Origin: Piromyces finnis finn
Taxonomy: Eukaryota; Fungi; Neocallimastigomycota
Length of the DNA: 64,000 bases
Assembly: GCA_002104945.1 (NCBI GenBank)
Contig: MCFH01000048.1
Location: 186,001 to 250,000 of the forward strand
Reading direction: 5' to 3'
Shown here: positions 31,592 to 45,407 of the stretch, piece after piece
How positions within the stretch are numbered: the stretch's first letter is position 1
Layout of the letters: each line of letters begins with the position of its first letter
The notes under the pieces: generated by a model
Databases searched by the model: none
What the model was told of the DNA's origin: nothing
Seen by the model: only the letters and a program-made list of their open reading frames with translations
Made by a program: the position numbers and the translations under genes

Positions 31592-32788
31592 TTAGTATTT
31601 TTAGAAAATTTGGAATTTGTGTTAAGTAATCCGATTATAGTATTATTGATTATTGATATTTTATATGTAAGTATTTTTTTTTTTTTTTAGTTATGAGATA
31701 GGGAAATAATTAATTATGTTTTAAAATATTTAATGCGTATATAAAAATTCCTAATGTTTAGATTAATATAAAATTTCTAAACAATAAAGATGTTTAAATA
31801 AGTAAATACCTTTTTTTATAATAAACAAAAAAACTGGTTAGTAGATAATAAAGATCATATATGAATTTATAAAAGTTTTTCGTGAATATAAATAATTATT
31901 TTTTTTTAATATTTCACCTTTTTAATAAAAAAATTTATTGCCTATATTTAATTTAATATAAATAAATTATTTAAATTTAATATAATTATAAGCGTATTTT
32001 AAATAAGAATTAAAGTTTTAGATGAATAATAAAAAAAAAACGGAAAATATAAAAAAGGTATTTTTAAATAGTATTACAAAATAAAAAATATAGAACTTTA
32101 TATTTGGTACAACATGAATAACAAAAAAAATAATTAAGCAATGAAAGAACATAACCTTATATATGTGCAATTAAGTTACAATAGAATAATAATATAATAT
32201 TTATTCTTTGATTAAAAAAAAAAAAAAGAAAGAAAGAAAATAAAATCAATATTATTTGAAATGTGTTATGATATATTAATTTTTAGACATATTTTTATAA
32301 TATGATATATTAGTTTTTCATATTATAAGCTTTATTTTTAACAAATCAATATTTATATATTTAAATATAAAATTATATTTTTTAATTCATATAGTTTTAT
32401 TTTTAGAATTGAACATACTTCATATGTTTTTTAATTTACTACAGGAAAGAATTATATAAATTAAAAACTTTTTTTTAAAAAGTAAAAAAAAAAAAAAAAC
32501 CCAGTTATTTTTCTTTTTCTTTTTCTTTTTCAATAATTATTAATAAAAACTAAAATAAAAAAAATAATAAAAAAATAAAAGCAAAAGATTTTTATTCTTT
32601 TCTTTTAACAATCTTTATAATATTATTACTTTGTCTTTTAATATAATAACTTTTTTTTTAGTATTAAAAGACAAATAATATATATAACAACAACAATAAC
32701 AACTGTGATATAATATATTTAAAAATAATTATTTTAAAGAAAAGCTAATTATATTTTCATTTTTTATAAAACAATAATACATACAAAG

Positions 32789-33775
32789 ATGAATACCGAA
32801 AAGGAACAAAATATTATTGCCTGTACTCCAGTTAAATCACGAACTAGTACTCTTATTAATAATAGTAGAAGTGCTAGTTCACCAAATATTAAGGAACAAA
32901 TAAACGAATTTATTCATTCAACTTCTATTTTAAGACCATCTTCAGCTCCAAGTGTTGATGTACATGATAATTATATGGCTCTTACCAGTAAGAGAGAAAA
33001 GAAATTGAATCATTTCTTTGGTGAAAAAACACCATTTGATATTTCTATTAATGAAATTGAAGTTAGTGGTTTAAAAGCTATCCTTCAAAGTAAAGTTCCA
33101 TTATGTTATTTTTTATGCTCTCTTCTTGAAGATGTTTGTTCTGAAAATCTAGTATGTAGAGTATAATGGATATTTATTTATACAATATTTTTTTTTTTTT
33201 TTACATAGCAAGTTTGATTAATATTATATTATTAATAAAAATTATAGTTCTTTTTTTTAGAAGCTTTAGAATTTGAAAAAAATAAAGATTTTAATGCCGA
33301 AGAACAAAAAGAAAGTGCTATATATATATATGAAACTTATCTTTCAAGAAAAAGTTGTTTAGAAATAAATATTGATGAGAAAGTTCATAATGACATTCAT
33401 AAATTTATTCAAAATATAAATTCTAATACCTCTTATGAAGAAATTTCTGAATGTTTTAAAAATGCTAGAAAATCTGTATACCAATTAATGGAAGGTAGCT
33501 TTGCAAAATTCCATAAATCTAGTTATTTTGAAATTATGAAAAAAGAATTAGGAAATAGTCCCTTTTATAAAGATGAAAGAATGGTTGCTGTTTGCAAATT
33601 ACGTGATTACATTATGAAAAACGATAATAACAACAAGCAAAATCCAACTAATCAACTTACTAAATATCATGAAGTTATTTCTATTTTAATTCATCAATTT
33701 ACAAAAAGTATTCTTGATATAGACTTTAATGAAAAAGATATTTTTTTCCTTCATGGTAGAGGCTATTATTCATGA
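32789..33775 (+). CDS. RGS-domain protein; join(32789..33151,33248..33775), 296 aa
   Basis: Spliced SENL|FFFLEALEF, IYETYL..EINI and F..A...VYQLME.SF.KF.KS match RGS hallmarks. Confidence 0.85.
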
Positions 33776-34556
33776 AAAAAAAATTTTTTTTTATGATAAA
33801 GGCTTTTAATTATAAAAATAAAAAAATTTTTTTTTCTTTATTTATTTATAAATAAGGCTTTCACCCGTTAAAAAATTCTTATTATTCTATATATTGCATT
33901 GTATAGGTATAGAATAAGTCCGTAAACTATATTTATAAGCAAAATACTAAAAATTATTAAGTTTGATATCATCACCAAAATATTTATTATTATAATACTA
34001 TTTTTTTTGAAATCTATCGATTAAAAAAAAATAATATAATTATATAATTACTAATATAATATAATATCATGCTATAACATTAAAATGATTATTAAATTTA
34101 ACTTTTATAAACTAGAAAAAATAAAATAATAAATAAATAATAAAAAAAAGTATTAAAATAAAAAAAAACTATTATTTTGTATTTTGTATTTAATTAATAA
34201 AATTTAATTAATAGAATGAAAAAAAGAATATTCAGCCACAATAATTTTTTTATATGGTAAAAAAAAAATAGATATGTGGCTAATAATTAAGTAGTATTAC
34301 CAAACAAAAAGGCATACTATTTTTTTTTATTAAAGGTTTTTATTCAAGTTTTAATATATCTATTATATATAATTTTCTTTTTTCTTTTTATTTTCATAGA
34401 AAGGGTTTTATATTTAAAAAAAAAAAAAAAAAAAGAATAGAAAGGGAAATAAGGTAAAATAAAATTGATATATTTTAGAGTGTTGTTATAAAAAAAGTAA
34501 AAAGTAAATAAATAATTATTTGGCAATATAAAAAGTTAATGAAGATAAACATTTTT

Positions 34557-34587
<31 letters not shown>

Positions 34588-34679
34588 GATTATCTAATAA
34601 TAAATGAAATAAAATAATAGTAACAGTAATAGTATTGGTAATAGCAATAACAATATATTAAAAAATACATATAAAAAAA

Positions 34680-36856
34680 ATGGCTTCAATAAATTTAAAA
34701 AACTACGAAAATTTTGTTTTTAATAACTCATCAAGAATTAGTTCTACAGATAATGTAATTCGTCGTATAACTCATCTTATCCATGGTAAATTAGGATAAT
34801 CATTTTAATTTGAAATTATATCCTTCATTTTATTATAAATTAAATTTAATAATTATCAATTTACTGAAGGATGATATAAAATCAACTTACTAATAATATT
34901 ATATTCACTTATTTTTATTTTATTATAATATATATTTAATACTATTTAATCGTAATATAATTGAATAAATGATATTACCATAACTTATTAAATAAAATAT
35001 ATGCACATCTCATATGTTTATATTTATATATATAACATTTTTCATATCATTAGGAAGATATAAGGGAAATTATAAAGATTTTGATTTCATTGCTGAATCT
35101 AGTATGTCATTTTATAACATTTTTTTAAATAAAAAACATAAACTTGATTATTTTATAAATATTTAAATTTAATCTTAATAAAAATATATATATTCATATT
35201 ATTTAACTGATATATATTATATATAAATTATAAAAATTAAATATTGAAATTGATTACTAATTCAAATTTGGATTTCATCAATCATTGTTAATTCATTAAA
35301 AATAAACAAATAGTTTATAGTGCTTTAAACATTCTTAATATTTATCATGAATCTATTTTTGCTAATCGTGAGAAATCAAGAACTGATCCATTCAATAGAT
35401 ACAATAAAAATTTATTAAATTCTTGTCCACTTTATAAGCAAATTGCTTACAGTTTATCCATCATTAAAAATCTTGAAGTTTTAATTGAAATTGGTATACT
35501 CAGAAAATTTGGCAGTAAAGCTAGATATGAAGTTATAACACAAATTGAAATTATAAAGTAATGGTTTATGAAAATATTAAAATCTTACTTAAAATATAAA
35601 ATATTTCAATAAAATCATAATAATGGATAATGGATAATGAAATATATTATATTATATTTTATTTTTATTAATTACTTTTATTAAATATCATATTATTATA
35701 TATATTTATATATATTGCCTATTGATAAAACCAAATTTACCCATTCATTAATTTCCATAATTCTGAAAATAATATGATAATGAATAGGGCTGTTTGTCGT
35801 TTTATTTTATTTTACTTATCTAATAAACGTATGTTATTATCTTCTCCATTACCAGAAAGAAAAACAGACCCATCAGTTATAGCTAAAAAAGAGAAGGAAG
35901 AAAATAAAACTACATGGACTGGTAGTCGTACTGGTAAAAAAATAAAAAATCTTGATTTTCTTAAAGGTGCTAAGAATTCTCAAAATGTTACTGATTATGT
36001 TATGTCTCAAGCCTTAAATCCAGATAGTGCTTGTGATGCTAAAGATTTAGTTAAACCATTATCTAACATTAGAAAAATTGGTGAAATATTATATATTATT
36101 AAGCCAGTTGCTTATCGTATGTTATAATATTTGTTACAGTCATATTTATTTATTTTCTTATATTGCCTTGTTAATTATTTATGATTAATTATTATTATTT
36201 ATTTTTATATATAATTATGTTAATTACTATAATTAATTATTATTATTATTAACATTAAATAATAATAATAATAATAAATTTTAGTTATATTATTAAAGAA
36301 ATATGGTGTAAAATCATGGAAACCATGGTGTATTTCCTTATCAATGGAATTAATATGTTATGCAACTTCAGCTCAAGCATTAGTAAACAATACTCTAACT
36401 TCATTAGAACAACAAGAATATAAGAGAAGAGCCCTTCTTCTCAAAAATTACTTTATTCGTAGACCATTCTTTGATGAATTTATCAGGTAAGCAAGTAGTC
36501 TAGTCTCGTATTACTTTTTTTTATTTTTTAATTTATTTTTATAATACTTAATATGAAAGATTCCTTTACTAAACAAAATTTATTGAACTGTATGTATATA
36601 ATATATAATAGACCGAATATTGTTAAACTTATTGATTATATGCAAGATAACTTCTTATTAAAATACGGAACAGGTTATTATTATTTATATATTTTCTATT
36701 TTATTTTTAAATTACATTATTGAATGTATGAATGTATTCTCACTTTTTTTTTATTATTAATTTTTTATGAAATATAATTAATTATAATCTTTAGGTTTCC
36801 TTGAATTTAATTTACATAATTGGGATAATTTCTATTTTGCTACTTCTGGTTTTTAA
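34680..36856 (+). CDS. PEX16: Peroxisomal biogenesis factor 16; 7 exons (34680-34785, 35054-35101, 35314-35557, 35788-36116, 36285-36486, 36612-36673, 36795-36856)
   Basis: YENFVFNNSSRISS, DPFNRY, EVLIEI, KIGEILYIIKP, SWKPW and C-terminal W..FYF.TS. All GT-AG introns keep frame. Confidence 0.85.
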
Positions 36857-38529
36857 ATTTTTTATAATATACCTATTACTTTCAAAGAAAGACTTATTAG
36901 TTTTATATATATATATATAATTTATCTATTTGAAAAGTTTTTATTAAAAATAAGGAAAAAAAAAAGAAAAAAGAAAAAAAAAAAAGCTACAAAAAAGAAA
37001 CAAAGAAACCAACAAACAAATATTAACAATCATAACTTATATGAGAAGAATTCTTTTCTTCTCTTTATAAAATGAATAATATGTATATGCATATATATAT
37101 AAAGATTTCATAATGTAGATAGGAAAAATGAATCTAATAAATAGTAATTTAATAAGAATAAAATAAAATAAAAAAAAATAGCAAAATAAATTATTTTCGC
37201 TTTATTTTTTTTAAAAAAAAAAATTAAAACAAAAAAATAAATTGTAATAAAGAAAAACAAAAAATAGAAGTTAATACAAAAAAAAAAAAAAAAGAACGAA
37301 AAGAAAATTAAAAAAAAAAAAAAAGGAAGCATTAGTTATAGTTATATTAGTTAAAGAGATATAGGATATACATTATAATACCAACAAATAATAATATTAT
37401 TATTAAAATTAAAAAAAAAAAAGTTATGATAATTATTAAATTTACAATTCAATTAATATATATGTATATACTAATATATAATATATAATTAATTAATATC
37501 TATGTTAATAATAATAAATATTCATTATAAAAACATCACTATTTAATTAATAATATAATAATAATAAAATTTAAAAATACCTATATAATATTAATAAAAG
37601 ATTATTTTATTATTAATTTTATTAAACAGACTTATGGAATTTCTTTAAGCATTTTAGAAACGACAGTAATAATCATTATTATCATTATTATATATAAATA
37701 GTATATATTTGTTTTATTTTTTATTAAATAATTTTAATAGTAATAGGTTTTATAATTTATATAAGCATGAGTTATTCATAATTTATTATTTTTTTAATAA
37801 TTAATGCGGATATGTTATAATTAAGTTTTAGGATCATATAATTATTATTATCTTTATATTATTAAGAAAGTTAATTTAAATCTTTAACCTTTTTTTTTAA
37901 TATTTTTAATATTTGTTTCATTTAATAAAAATTTTATTTTTTTGTTAAATACTTAAATTTTTTAAAGATTATTTTCATAATTTTCATATTTTTATGGTTA
38001 ACAAAAAATTAAAATTACTAAATGAAACAAATATTAAAAATATTAAAAAGAAAGGTTAAAGTAATTTAAAACTTTTACATATGATAAACTATTGTTTTTC
38101 CCTTTTTTTATTCAAAACTACTAAAGTTTAAGCTTTATTTTATTATTTTGTATCTAATGAAAATTCAAAAAAAAATATTAATCAAATTTCCTATCATCCA
38201 GTAGATTTAAAAAAAAATATTATATATAAAACCTTATGATTATAAAAAAAAATGTTTCATTAATAGAAAAAAAAAAAAAACATGAATTTTAAATACTATT
38301 ATTATTATAAAATGATTTTAATTTATTGCTATTAAAACTTTATATTTTATTTTTAATGAAATATGGTTTAATTAATCAAAACCTTTATTATTTTTAATAT
38401 TTTATAGAGTATTTTAATATATATGGAAAAAAAAATTAAAGGATGATATAAATTAAAATTTCATATAAAATGTATATAATAAAATAAAAACATAAATAAA
38501 TATTTATAAAAATTACAATATATAAAGTA

Positions 38530-38562
<33 letters not shown>

Positions 38563-38661
38563 TTATTAAAAATAAAATAATATTTAAATAAATAATTATA
38601 ATTTACTTGAATATAATTATTGTTTTCTTTTTTTAATAGTGTTTAATTAAAAAAAAAAAAA

Positions 38662-39696
38662 ATGAAGTGGAGTAATATATCTTTAGCTATAATTGGTTTA
38701 GTTTCATCAAGATTTGCTTTAGCTGATGAAAGTGGTAGATGTGGTGGTGAATTTGGACAATGTCCAGAAGGTACTTGCTGTTCACAATGGGGTTGGTGCG
38801 GTACAACTGCAGCTTTTTGTGGATCAGGTTGTCTTCCTGAAATTGGTATTTGTAATGAACCAGAAAATACTGATGATGATACCAGAGTTTCAACAGACGG
38901 TCAATGTGGTCATGGCTATGGTGTTTGTCCAGAAGGTCAATGTTGTTCTTCTGTTGGATGGTGTGGTTTAAATGAACTTTACTGTTTAGATGGATGTCAA
39001 TCTGAATTTGGCGAATGTGGTCAAAGTGCTATTGATAATGCTATTGTTGAAGGTTTTAGTTATTACAGTTCATGTGTTAATGACAAGTACTGGGCAATGA
39101 CTTTTGATGATGGACCATATATTTATGATGATAAATTGCTTGATTTACTTAAAGAAAAAGGTGTTAAAGCTACTTTCTTTATTACCGGCGCATCAGCTAT
39201 GGGAATAGAAACTGATAAAGCAAAAGAAATTATGAAAAGAATGGATGCTGAAGGTCATATTATTGCTTCTCATACCTGGTCTCATGTTGATCTTACCACT
39301 CTTACAGAAAGTGAAGTTATCGATGAAATGACTAAACTTGAAATCATCATTGAAGAAAATATTGGTAAAAAACCAGCCTTTGTTCGTCCACCATATGGTT
39401 CAGGAAATGGTAATGTCAAACTTTCTAGGAATCTTAGAAATCTTGGTTATTCTGCCGCTGTTACATGGAATATTGATACTATGGATTGGAGTAACGGAGG
39501 TGATATTGATTATGCTCTTGAACAATTTAAAGGAAATGTTGGTAAGTCAGCTTTATCTTTAAATCATGTCAACTATGGTAATATCAGCGAAGAAAGTTTA
39601 CTTAATTTAGCAAAAGCTGAAATTGAATATATGTTAGGTGAAGGATATATTCCAGTTACAATGGATAAATGTCTTAATCTTGAAGCTTATCAATAA
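38662..39696 (+). CDS. Secreted chitin/polysaccharide deacetylase (CE4/NodB) with two N-terminal CBM18 hevein-like domains
   Basis: Signal peptide, two CCS.WG.CG...C modules, and the motifs TFDDGP, HTWSH, RPPYG, DTMDW and LNH. Confidence 0.93.
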   Translation: MKWSNISLAIIGLVSSRFALADESGRCGGEFGQCPEGTCCSQWGWCGTTAAFCGSGCLPEIGICNEPENTDDDTRVSTDGQCGHGYGVCPEGQCCSSVGWCGLNELYCLDGCQSEFGECGQSAIDNAIVEGFSYYSSCVNDKYWAMTFDDGPYIYDDKLLDLLKEKGVKATFFITGASAMGIETDKAKEIMKRMDAEGHIIASHTWSHVDLTTLTESEVIDEMTKLEIIIEENIGKKPAFVRPPYGSGNGNVKLSRNLRNLGYSAAVTWNIDTMDWSNGGDIDYALEQFKGNVGKSALSLNHVNYGNISEESLLNLAKAEIEYMLGEGYIPVTMDKCLNLEAYQ

Positions 39697-40400
39697 ATAT
39701 TAAAAAATATTTAGATAAATTTTTTTTTTTTTTTTAATAAATTTTTTTTAAATATGGTATTTTAAATAAAATAAATAAATAATTTTTTTTTTTTAAAAAA
39801 AAAAATCAAAGTTAATGTTTTATAAAATATGTATATAAAATAATAATTGTTTAATAAACCACTTTTTTATTAATATTATGATTTAATAAAAAAAATATAT
39901 AAAATAATAAAAAAAAAGTTATATAAATTAAATACGAAATAGAATTATTGTTATTTAAATATAATACTAAAATATAAAATAGATGATATTTATATGACTG
40001 AATATCATGTGTATACATACATTAATGAAATTCATATTAAATCTATGATATGTATAAAATAATATTATTAACATAAATAATGTTAATTATACATAGAATA
40101 TTTATCACATATACATATGTATATTAATGATGTAGTAGAAAGAATTTAATTTTAAATAATAAATATTTTCTTTATATCTTTACTAATTATGTTTTAATAT
40201 TTCTATTCTGTCTAAATACTAAAACATTTATCCTGTTGTTTTTAACTATTAAAAATTAACTAAAACAAGAAACATTTTTTAATAATAATAATATTAATAT
40301 AATAATATGTTCTAGTCATACATTATTTTTATATCATTAATCTATATTAATTATTTAGCTATAGTTATTAATATTTAAGTTATAATAACAATTATTATTA

Positions 40401-40483
<83 letters not shown>

Positions 40484-40830
40484 TAATAATATTATTATTA
40501 CTATTATTCTCACTGAACTACCTATTCCATTCCTGCTTTTTTATCTGAAACCTAAATTATTTTATCTTCAGTAGTAATATTTAATTCTTTTTTAAATTTA
40601 TTACTCTAATAAATTTAAAATAATTATTCAAAAGTTATAATCTATCTATTCATTTATATAATTGTAATTAATATACTTTATTCAATATTTTAGAATTTAA
40701 AACTTTCCATTGAAAATCATTTATGTCATTCAAAAATATACCGGGAAATGAATAAGAAAAAAAAATTAATGGAGAATTCAGACTGGGACTAAAAAAAAAT
40801 GAAAAAAAAATAATATTAATAAAATAATAC

Positions 40831-40902
40831 AGGGGCGTTCCGGATTTGAACCGAAGACCTATTGATCTGCAGTCAATTGCTCTACCGCTGAGCTAACACC
40901 CC
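40831..40902 (-). tRNA. tRNA-Cys(GCA)
   Basis: GGGGTGT...ACGCCCC-T acceptor, CT-GCA-GA loop, GGTTCAAATCC. Confidence 0.97.
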
Positions 40903-40917
40903 ATTTTTGTTGTCTTG

Positions 40918-40969
40918 TGATAAATAATGAAATTAATAAATATAAAATTATTATTATACCTGATTTTTA
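40918..40969 (+). mobile_element. 52-bp start fragment of a family-C LTR
   Basis: Matches 63855-63906. Confidence 0.8.
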
Positions 40970-42101
40970 TGTGAAGATATTAACTGGATTTAAAACAAAT
41001 TCAGATAATATCTATAATTAATTAAACATAATAATTATAATTAAATAATTTCAATAATTATTTTAAAACACTTTTAAAAGTCACCTTTTAAATTTTGATT
41101 CAGTGAAAGGGTTATGATTTCAAAAATTTAATATCAATACACTATAACCCTTAACCAAAAATAAGCAAGTACGAAATAAGGTGTAACTCGCCAAAAACGA
41201 TCGCTACGGCTGTAAGTGCTACGGTGATGAAACTAGGTTTATTGGAAAGCTTAGGAAGAAAGCTACAATTTGGTACAATCGCGGTCCTTCTAACTGATCA
41301 TTTAAGGAAGTTATGATTATTTAAAGATTTTATTAGGTAAATTAAAATCAATATGATATCAAGTATGGATCATAAATATTTCTTATGACTTGATGAAATT
41401 AAAAATATATCAATAGGAATTTTAGTTATATTAATTTAATTAATGATAACGATTGTTACTAAAAATAGAACTAGACCCATTTAGGTGTAACAGTTAACAC
41501 CTATAAATTAAATAATCTTAATTATTATAAAATAGGTTAACGGCAAGTTTTATTAGAAATAATTTTGAAAATAATAATTATTTAATTATAACAAATATGT
41601 TATGGTAATATCAATTAATAATGATGAATTATTAATTGAATAGTTTTTATAATTACTAATTAGGATCAACTGTTTAAATGATTAATCATATGTTTATTTT
41701 ATTTTATGTCATGACAAACAAACAAACAAACAAACAATCTTATTACTTATTTAATTATATTACTAATATATTACATGTAATACTTTATTCTTATTAATAT
41801 CAATTTAATAATCTGAACAAAGAATATAAAAGAGAATGAATTGAATTCGATTTTAATTCTTTGTAAAGATTATAGTTATAATCTTAATTATATAGTTACT
41901 TATAATATCATTTATATTATTATTATTAAATAAATAAAAAATTTATAAAAAGTTATTTTAAAGTAAATATAAATTTTTCATTTTTCATTTGGGAGTTTAA
42001 GGTGTTATTTTATAATTAAATTTAATTTCTTAAAAAACATTTTTACTATATAATTAATAACATTCTGACCTGGCCGCATAACCAAACCCAAAAACTTAAC
42101 A
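40970..42101 (+). mobile_element. Family-T solo LTR; chimeric, with non-matching flanks
   Basis: Reverse complement of 52923-54055 with few differences. Left flank is family C and right flank is family A. Confidence 0.95.
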
Positions 42102-42465
42102 TGATAATATTTGTATCTAAAATTTAATAAATAAAAATAAATAAGAAAATAAAAATAGAATAAATGATTTTTATACTTGTTCATTTGCAAGTCTTTGTTA
42201 GTTTAAAATATAAAATTATTTTATTTAATTATAAAGTTTTAATATTTAATAACTCTTGTATTATTAAATATATATATGTTATTGTTTAATACATCTTGAA
42301 TGTATGTAAATATAATCACAACTATTATTTTAATAAAATTTAATATTATTATCTAATTTTTATGGATTATTAGGAACAATTTTAAAATAAAATGATTCTA
42401 TCACTATTTATACAAAATTATTATTTTAAAGTATAATTATAAACAAATATAAGCTATTTAATTTA

Positions 42466-42496
<31 letters not shown>

Positions 42497-42621
42497 TTTA
42501 CATTTATAATTTTTAATTTAATAATTTTATACAAGTTAATTATTTTAATTTTTAACTATCTGTGTTTTAATATTATTATTATTATTATAAATTCATAATT
42601 TATAAATTTAATTATTTATCA
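42102..42621. mobile_element. Half of a family-A LTR, inverted relative to 52390-52922
   Basis: Reverse-complement similarity with several substitutions and a short (AAT)n. Confidence 0.88.
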
Positions 42622-42622
42622 G

Positions 42623-43121
42623 TGTAAGAAATATTTGTGGCCATAAGTTTGCCCACAAATATTTCAATTGAAACCATATATTCTGGTCACCATTTATTGG
42701 CCAGATATATGTATAACCATATATTAATGGTTATTAATTAAATAGGAAGTTTATTTGCTTTACCCAATCAAGTGGTAAAGAAAATAAACTAATATAGTTA
42801 AATAGTATAGTTAAAACTAACGTTAAATACTTTAGCGTTAGTATTAAAGTAAATTAGTAACTATAATAATAATTAATGTATATAATTATAATTAATAAAT
42901 AAAAGATATAATTAATATAGAATTATTTAAGTAAACATTATTTCATAAGATCTTTATACGTTTGTTTGTAATTATTTTAGTGTTATAATATTTATTTTAT
43001 TTCTTTTATTATTTTTTATAAAACTTTATTTAGTTATTAACTCGTATAAAGAGGTAATAACTAACTTAATTAGCTAAATATTAATAACTTATTAACTAAT
43101 ATTATAAAAACACCTTTTACA
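42623..43121. mobile_element. Family-E solo LTR-like element (TGTAA...TTACA)
   Basis: First 53 bp recur inverted at 52335-52387. TG..CA ends. No clear TSD. Confidence 0.6.
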
Positions 43122-43842
43122 GCTTTTTTTGTTAAGGAACCAACAAATAATGTTATTCTTGTCATAATTAATGATTATGACCTAATCCATTATTGTTCCT
43201 AAATGTATGAAAACTTTACAATATTCTTATTTGTAAATTAATGTATACACTTAAATTATATTTAAAATTATTAATAATTATTTTTATTGAACTTAAATTT
43301 TATTTTATTAAACTTAAAAATTAATTTAGTAATAATAATATATTGAAAATTATAGTTTATTGAACTTTTAGTTTAATTTATCAAGTTAATGAATTTTTAT
43401 TAATTAAAATTATGAATAATATTTCTGTAAAATAGTAAAATTCTTTAGTTAAATATATTTAAAGTAAACTTTTAATGTATGTTAATCAATTTAATAATAT
43501 GTATAAATATTTATTATAATAGTAATGTAATTTTATTATTCATTTAAAAGTAATTTAAAGACTAAAATTAATGTAAATAATTAAAGACTAATTCTTTTAA
43601 TTAACACTACTTAATTTTTTACAAAAAGTATAAAAAGGTGTATATTATAAGAATTAGAGAATATACAGATATTTTTATTTTTATTTTTATTTTATTTTAT
43701 AATTTTATATTAATATCTTAATAAAACAATTTTATTAATAAAACAATTTTTCTTATTTCATTTTAATATTATTTTTGAGTATTAATAAATTTATTAATAT
43801 TTTATAAATAAAAGTAAATTCCTCGAACCGTAACATAAAAAT

Positions 43843-43860
43843 TGGTGGAGATATCGGGGA
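43843..43860 (+). promoter_or_regulatory. PBS of element 2, complementary to a tRNA-Ala-type 3' end
   Basis: TGGTGGAGATATCGGGGA; complement is TCCCCGATATCTCCACCA. Confidence 0.75.
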
Positions 43861-45207
43861 ATAATATTAATAAAAATTATTAATACATAGGATAAAGTAA
43901 TATTAAAATATTACTAAAATATTATATAAATTTCTTAAAAATTTATTACCCTTCAAAGTTATAGGTAATATTTATATTACTGTTGAAGCTTTAAGGTATA
44001 ATATTTTAGTAGAACTGAATTAGTACGCTTTAGAAGCAGTACTTTATTTAGGAATTAGTGGTTAGGTTTTTAGGTCTAGTTTATCTTTCACAGTAGAATA
44101 CTGGAAAGCGCTGAACCTTTCTATTTTGCTAGAGAAATAGAAGTGCCTCGCATAATTGCTACATGACACTGGTAATACGGTAAGCTGGGCAATTGTGAAC
44201 TACTTAAGCATCCTAAATAAGTATTGGAAAATTGCTGTGAAATGCTGTTCTACTATACTTATTATTGTAATTCAAATTTTTAATAAATTAAATATTATTT
44301 TAGTATTTATAATTTTTTAAAAAAAAAAAAAAATATTTTTTTTTAATTGAACGATTTTTAAAAATTATTCTTTTTAAAATATAAATAAATAATTCGAAAG
44401 TGACCCTTAGCGTGGCAAGTTAAACTGCTGTACGTAATACTTTGGTGTTCAATTATATCTGATAATTGGGGAAGATAATCAATTATTTTCTTTCCGCTAA
44501 TTAAGTTAGTGATAATAAAGAAATTAATTACGTTACTTCCTTTTATTAAATTATATTTAATATTAACCATCGGGTATATTTGTGGCTTATCATCAAAGAG
44601 CTACGAGGGATTTTCACTTAGAATTACACAACCTATAATACTTGATGGTTTAACATTATATAGGTTTGCCTATATTTTTATAAAAAGAAATAAGTTTTTA
44701 AATAATAATTAATTAAAAAAAAAAAAATATATATATAGATATATATATCTATTCTTTTTGTTGATTCTCTTCGAGTAATTTAATATTGCTAATTGAAATA
44801 TTCTTTTCTTACTGTTTTAAGTTAAACAAGTTATATCAGCATAGACAAGCATTATTAACTAATCAACAGAGGTATACTAGGGGTGGTAGAAAGATCCTGA
44901 AGCACGTGACGGAACTTAGATCGTGTGAATAAGGTGACGGCAACATTTACCATTGGACGAAAGACTCTTAGTTAATAGTCTATTATATATAATTTGGTCG
45001 GTAACTTGAATCAGTAATAACAATATTAAATTAAAATTCTTGCTAGTAAATTGAAAACAAATAATAATTAACTATAAGAAAAACAGAAAACAAAAGTAAT
45101 AATTTCATCTTTTCTGACTGAACTAAGATAGTAAGGAGTGATACTAAAAATTTAAATAAATAATTGGTAGTACGTGCTGTGCTAGATTATTTGTATCTCA
45201 TTCTGTC

Positions 45208-45313
45208 AAGTGGTCGATAAAGGAATTTCGAGCTTGGTTACAACTAATAAGTGGTCGATAAAGGAATTTCGAGCTTGGTTACAACTAATAAGTGGTCGAT
45301 AAAGGAATTTCGA
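45208..45313. repeat. 41-bp tandem repeat x2.6 in the leader of element 2
   Basis: Unit AAGTGGTCGATAAAGGAATTTCGAGCTTGGTTACAACTAAT at 45208, 45249 and 45290. Confidence 0.95.
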
Positions 45314-45407
45314 ACTTATAATTTTTTTTAGACTATCAAAGGTATTTTTGAGTCTATACTGTGTCATCTTGTACTGCAATAAATTCGGTCAAGGAAAATA
45401 CAAGAAA

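Noticed and set aside
42005-42190. Identical 61-aa ORF here and at 52834-53019
   Set aside because: It spans the A|T LTR junction; identity comes from the repeats and there are no protein features.
45208-45313. Possible CRISPR-like array
   Set aside because: Contiguous repeats with no unique spacers, inside a retrotransposon leader in a eukaryote.
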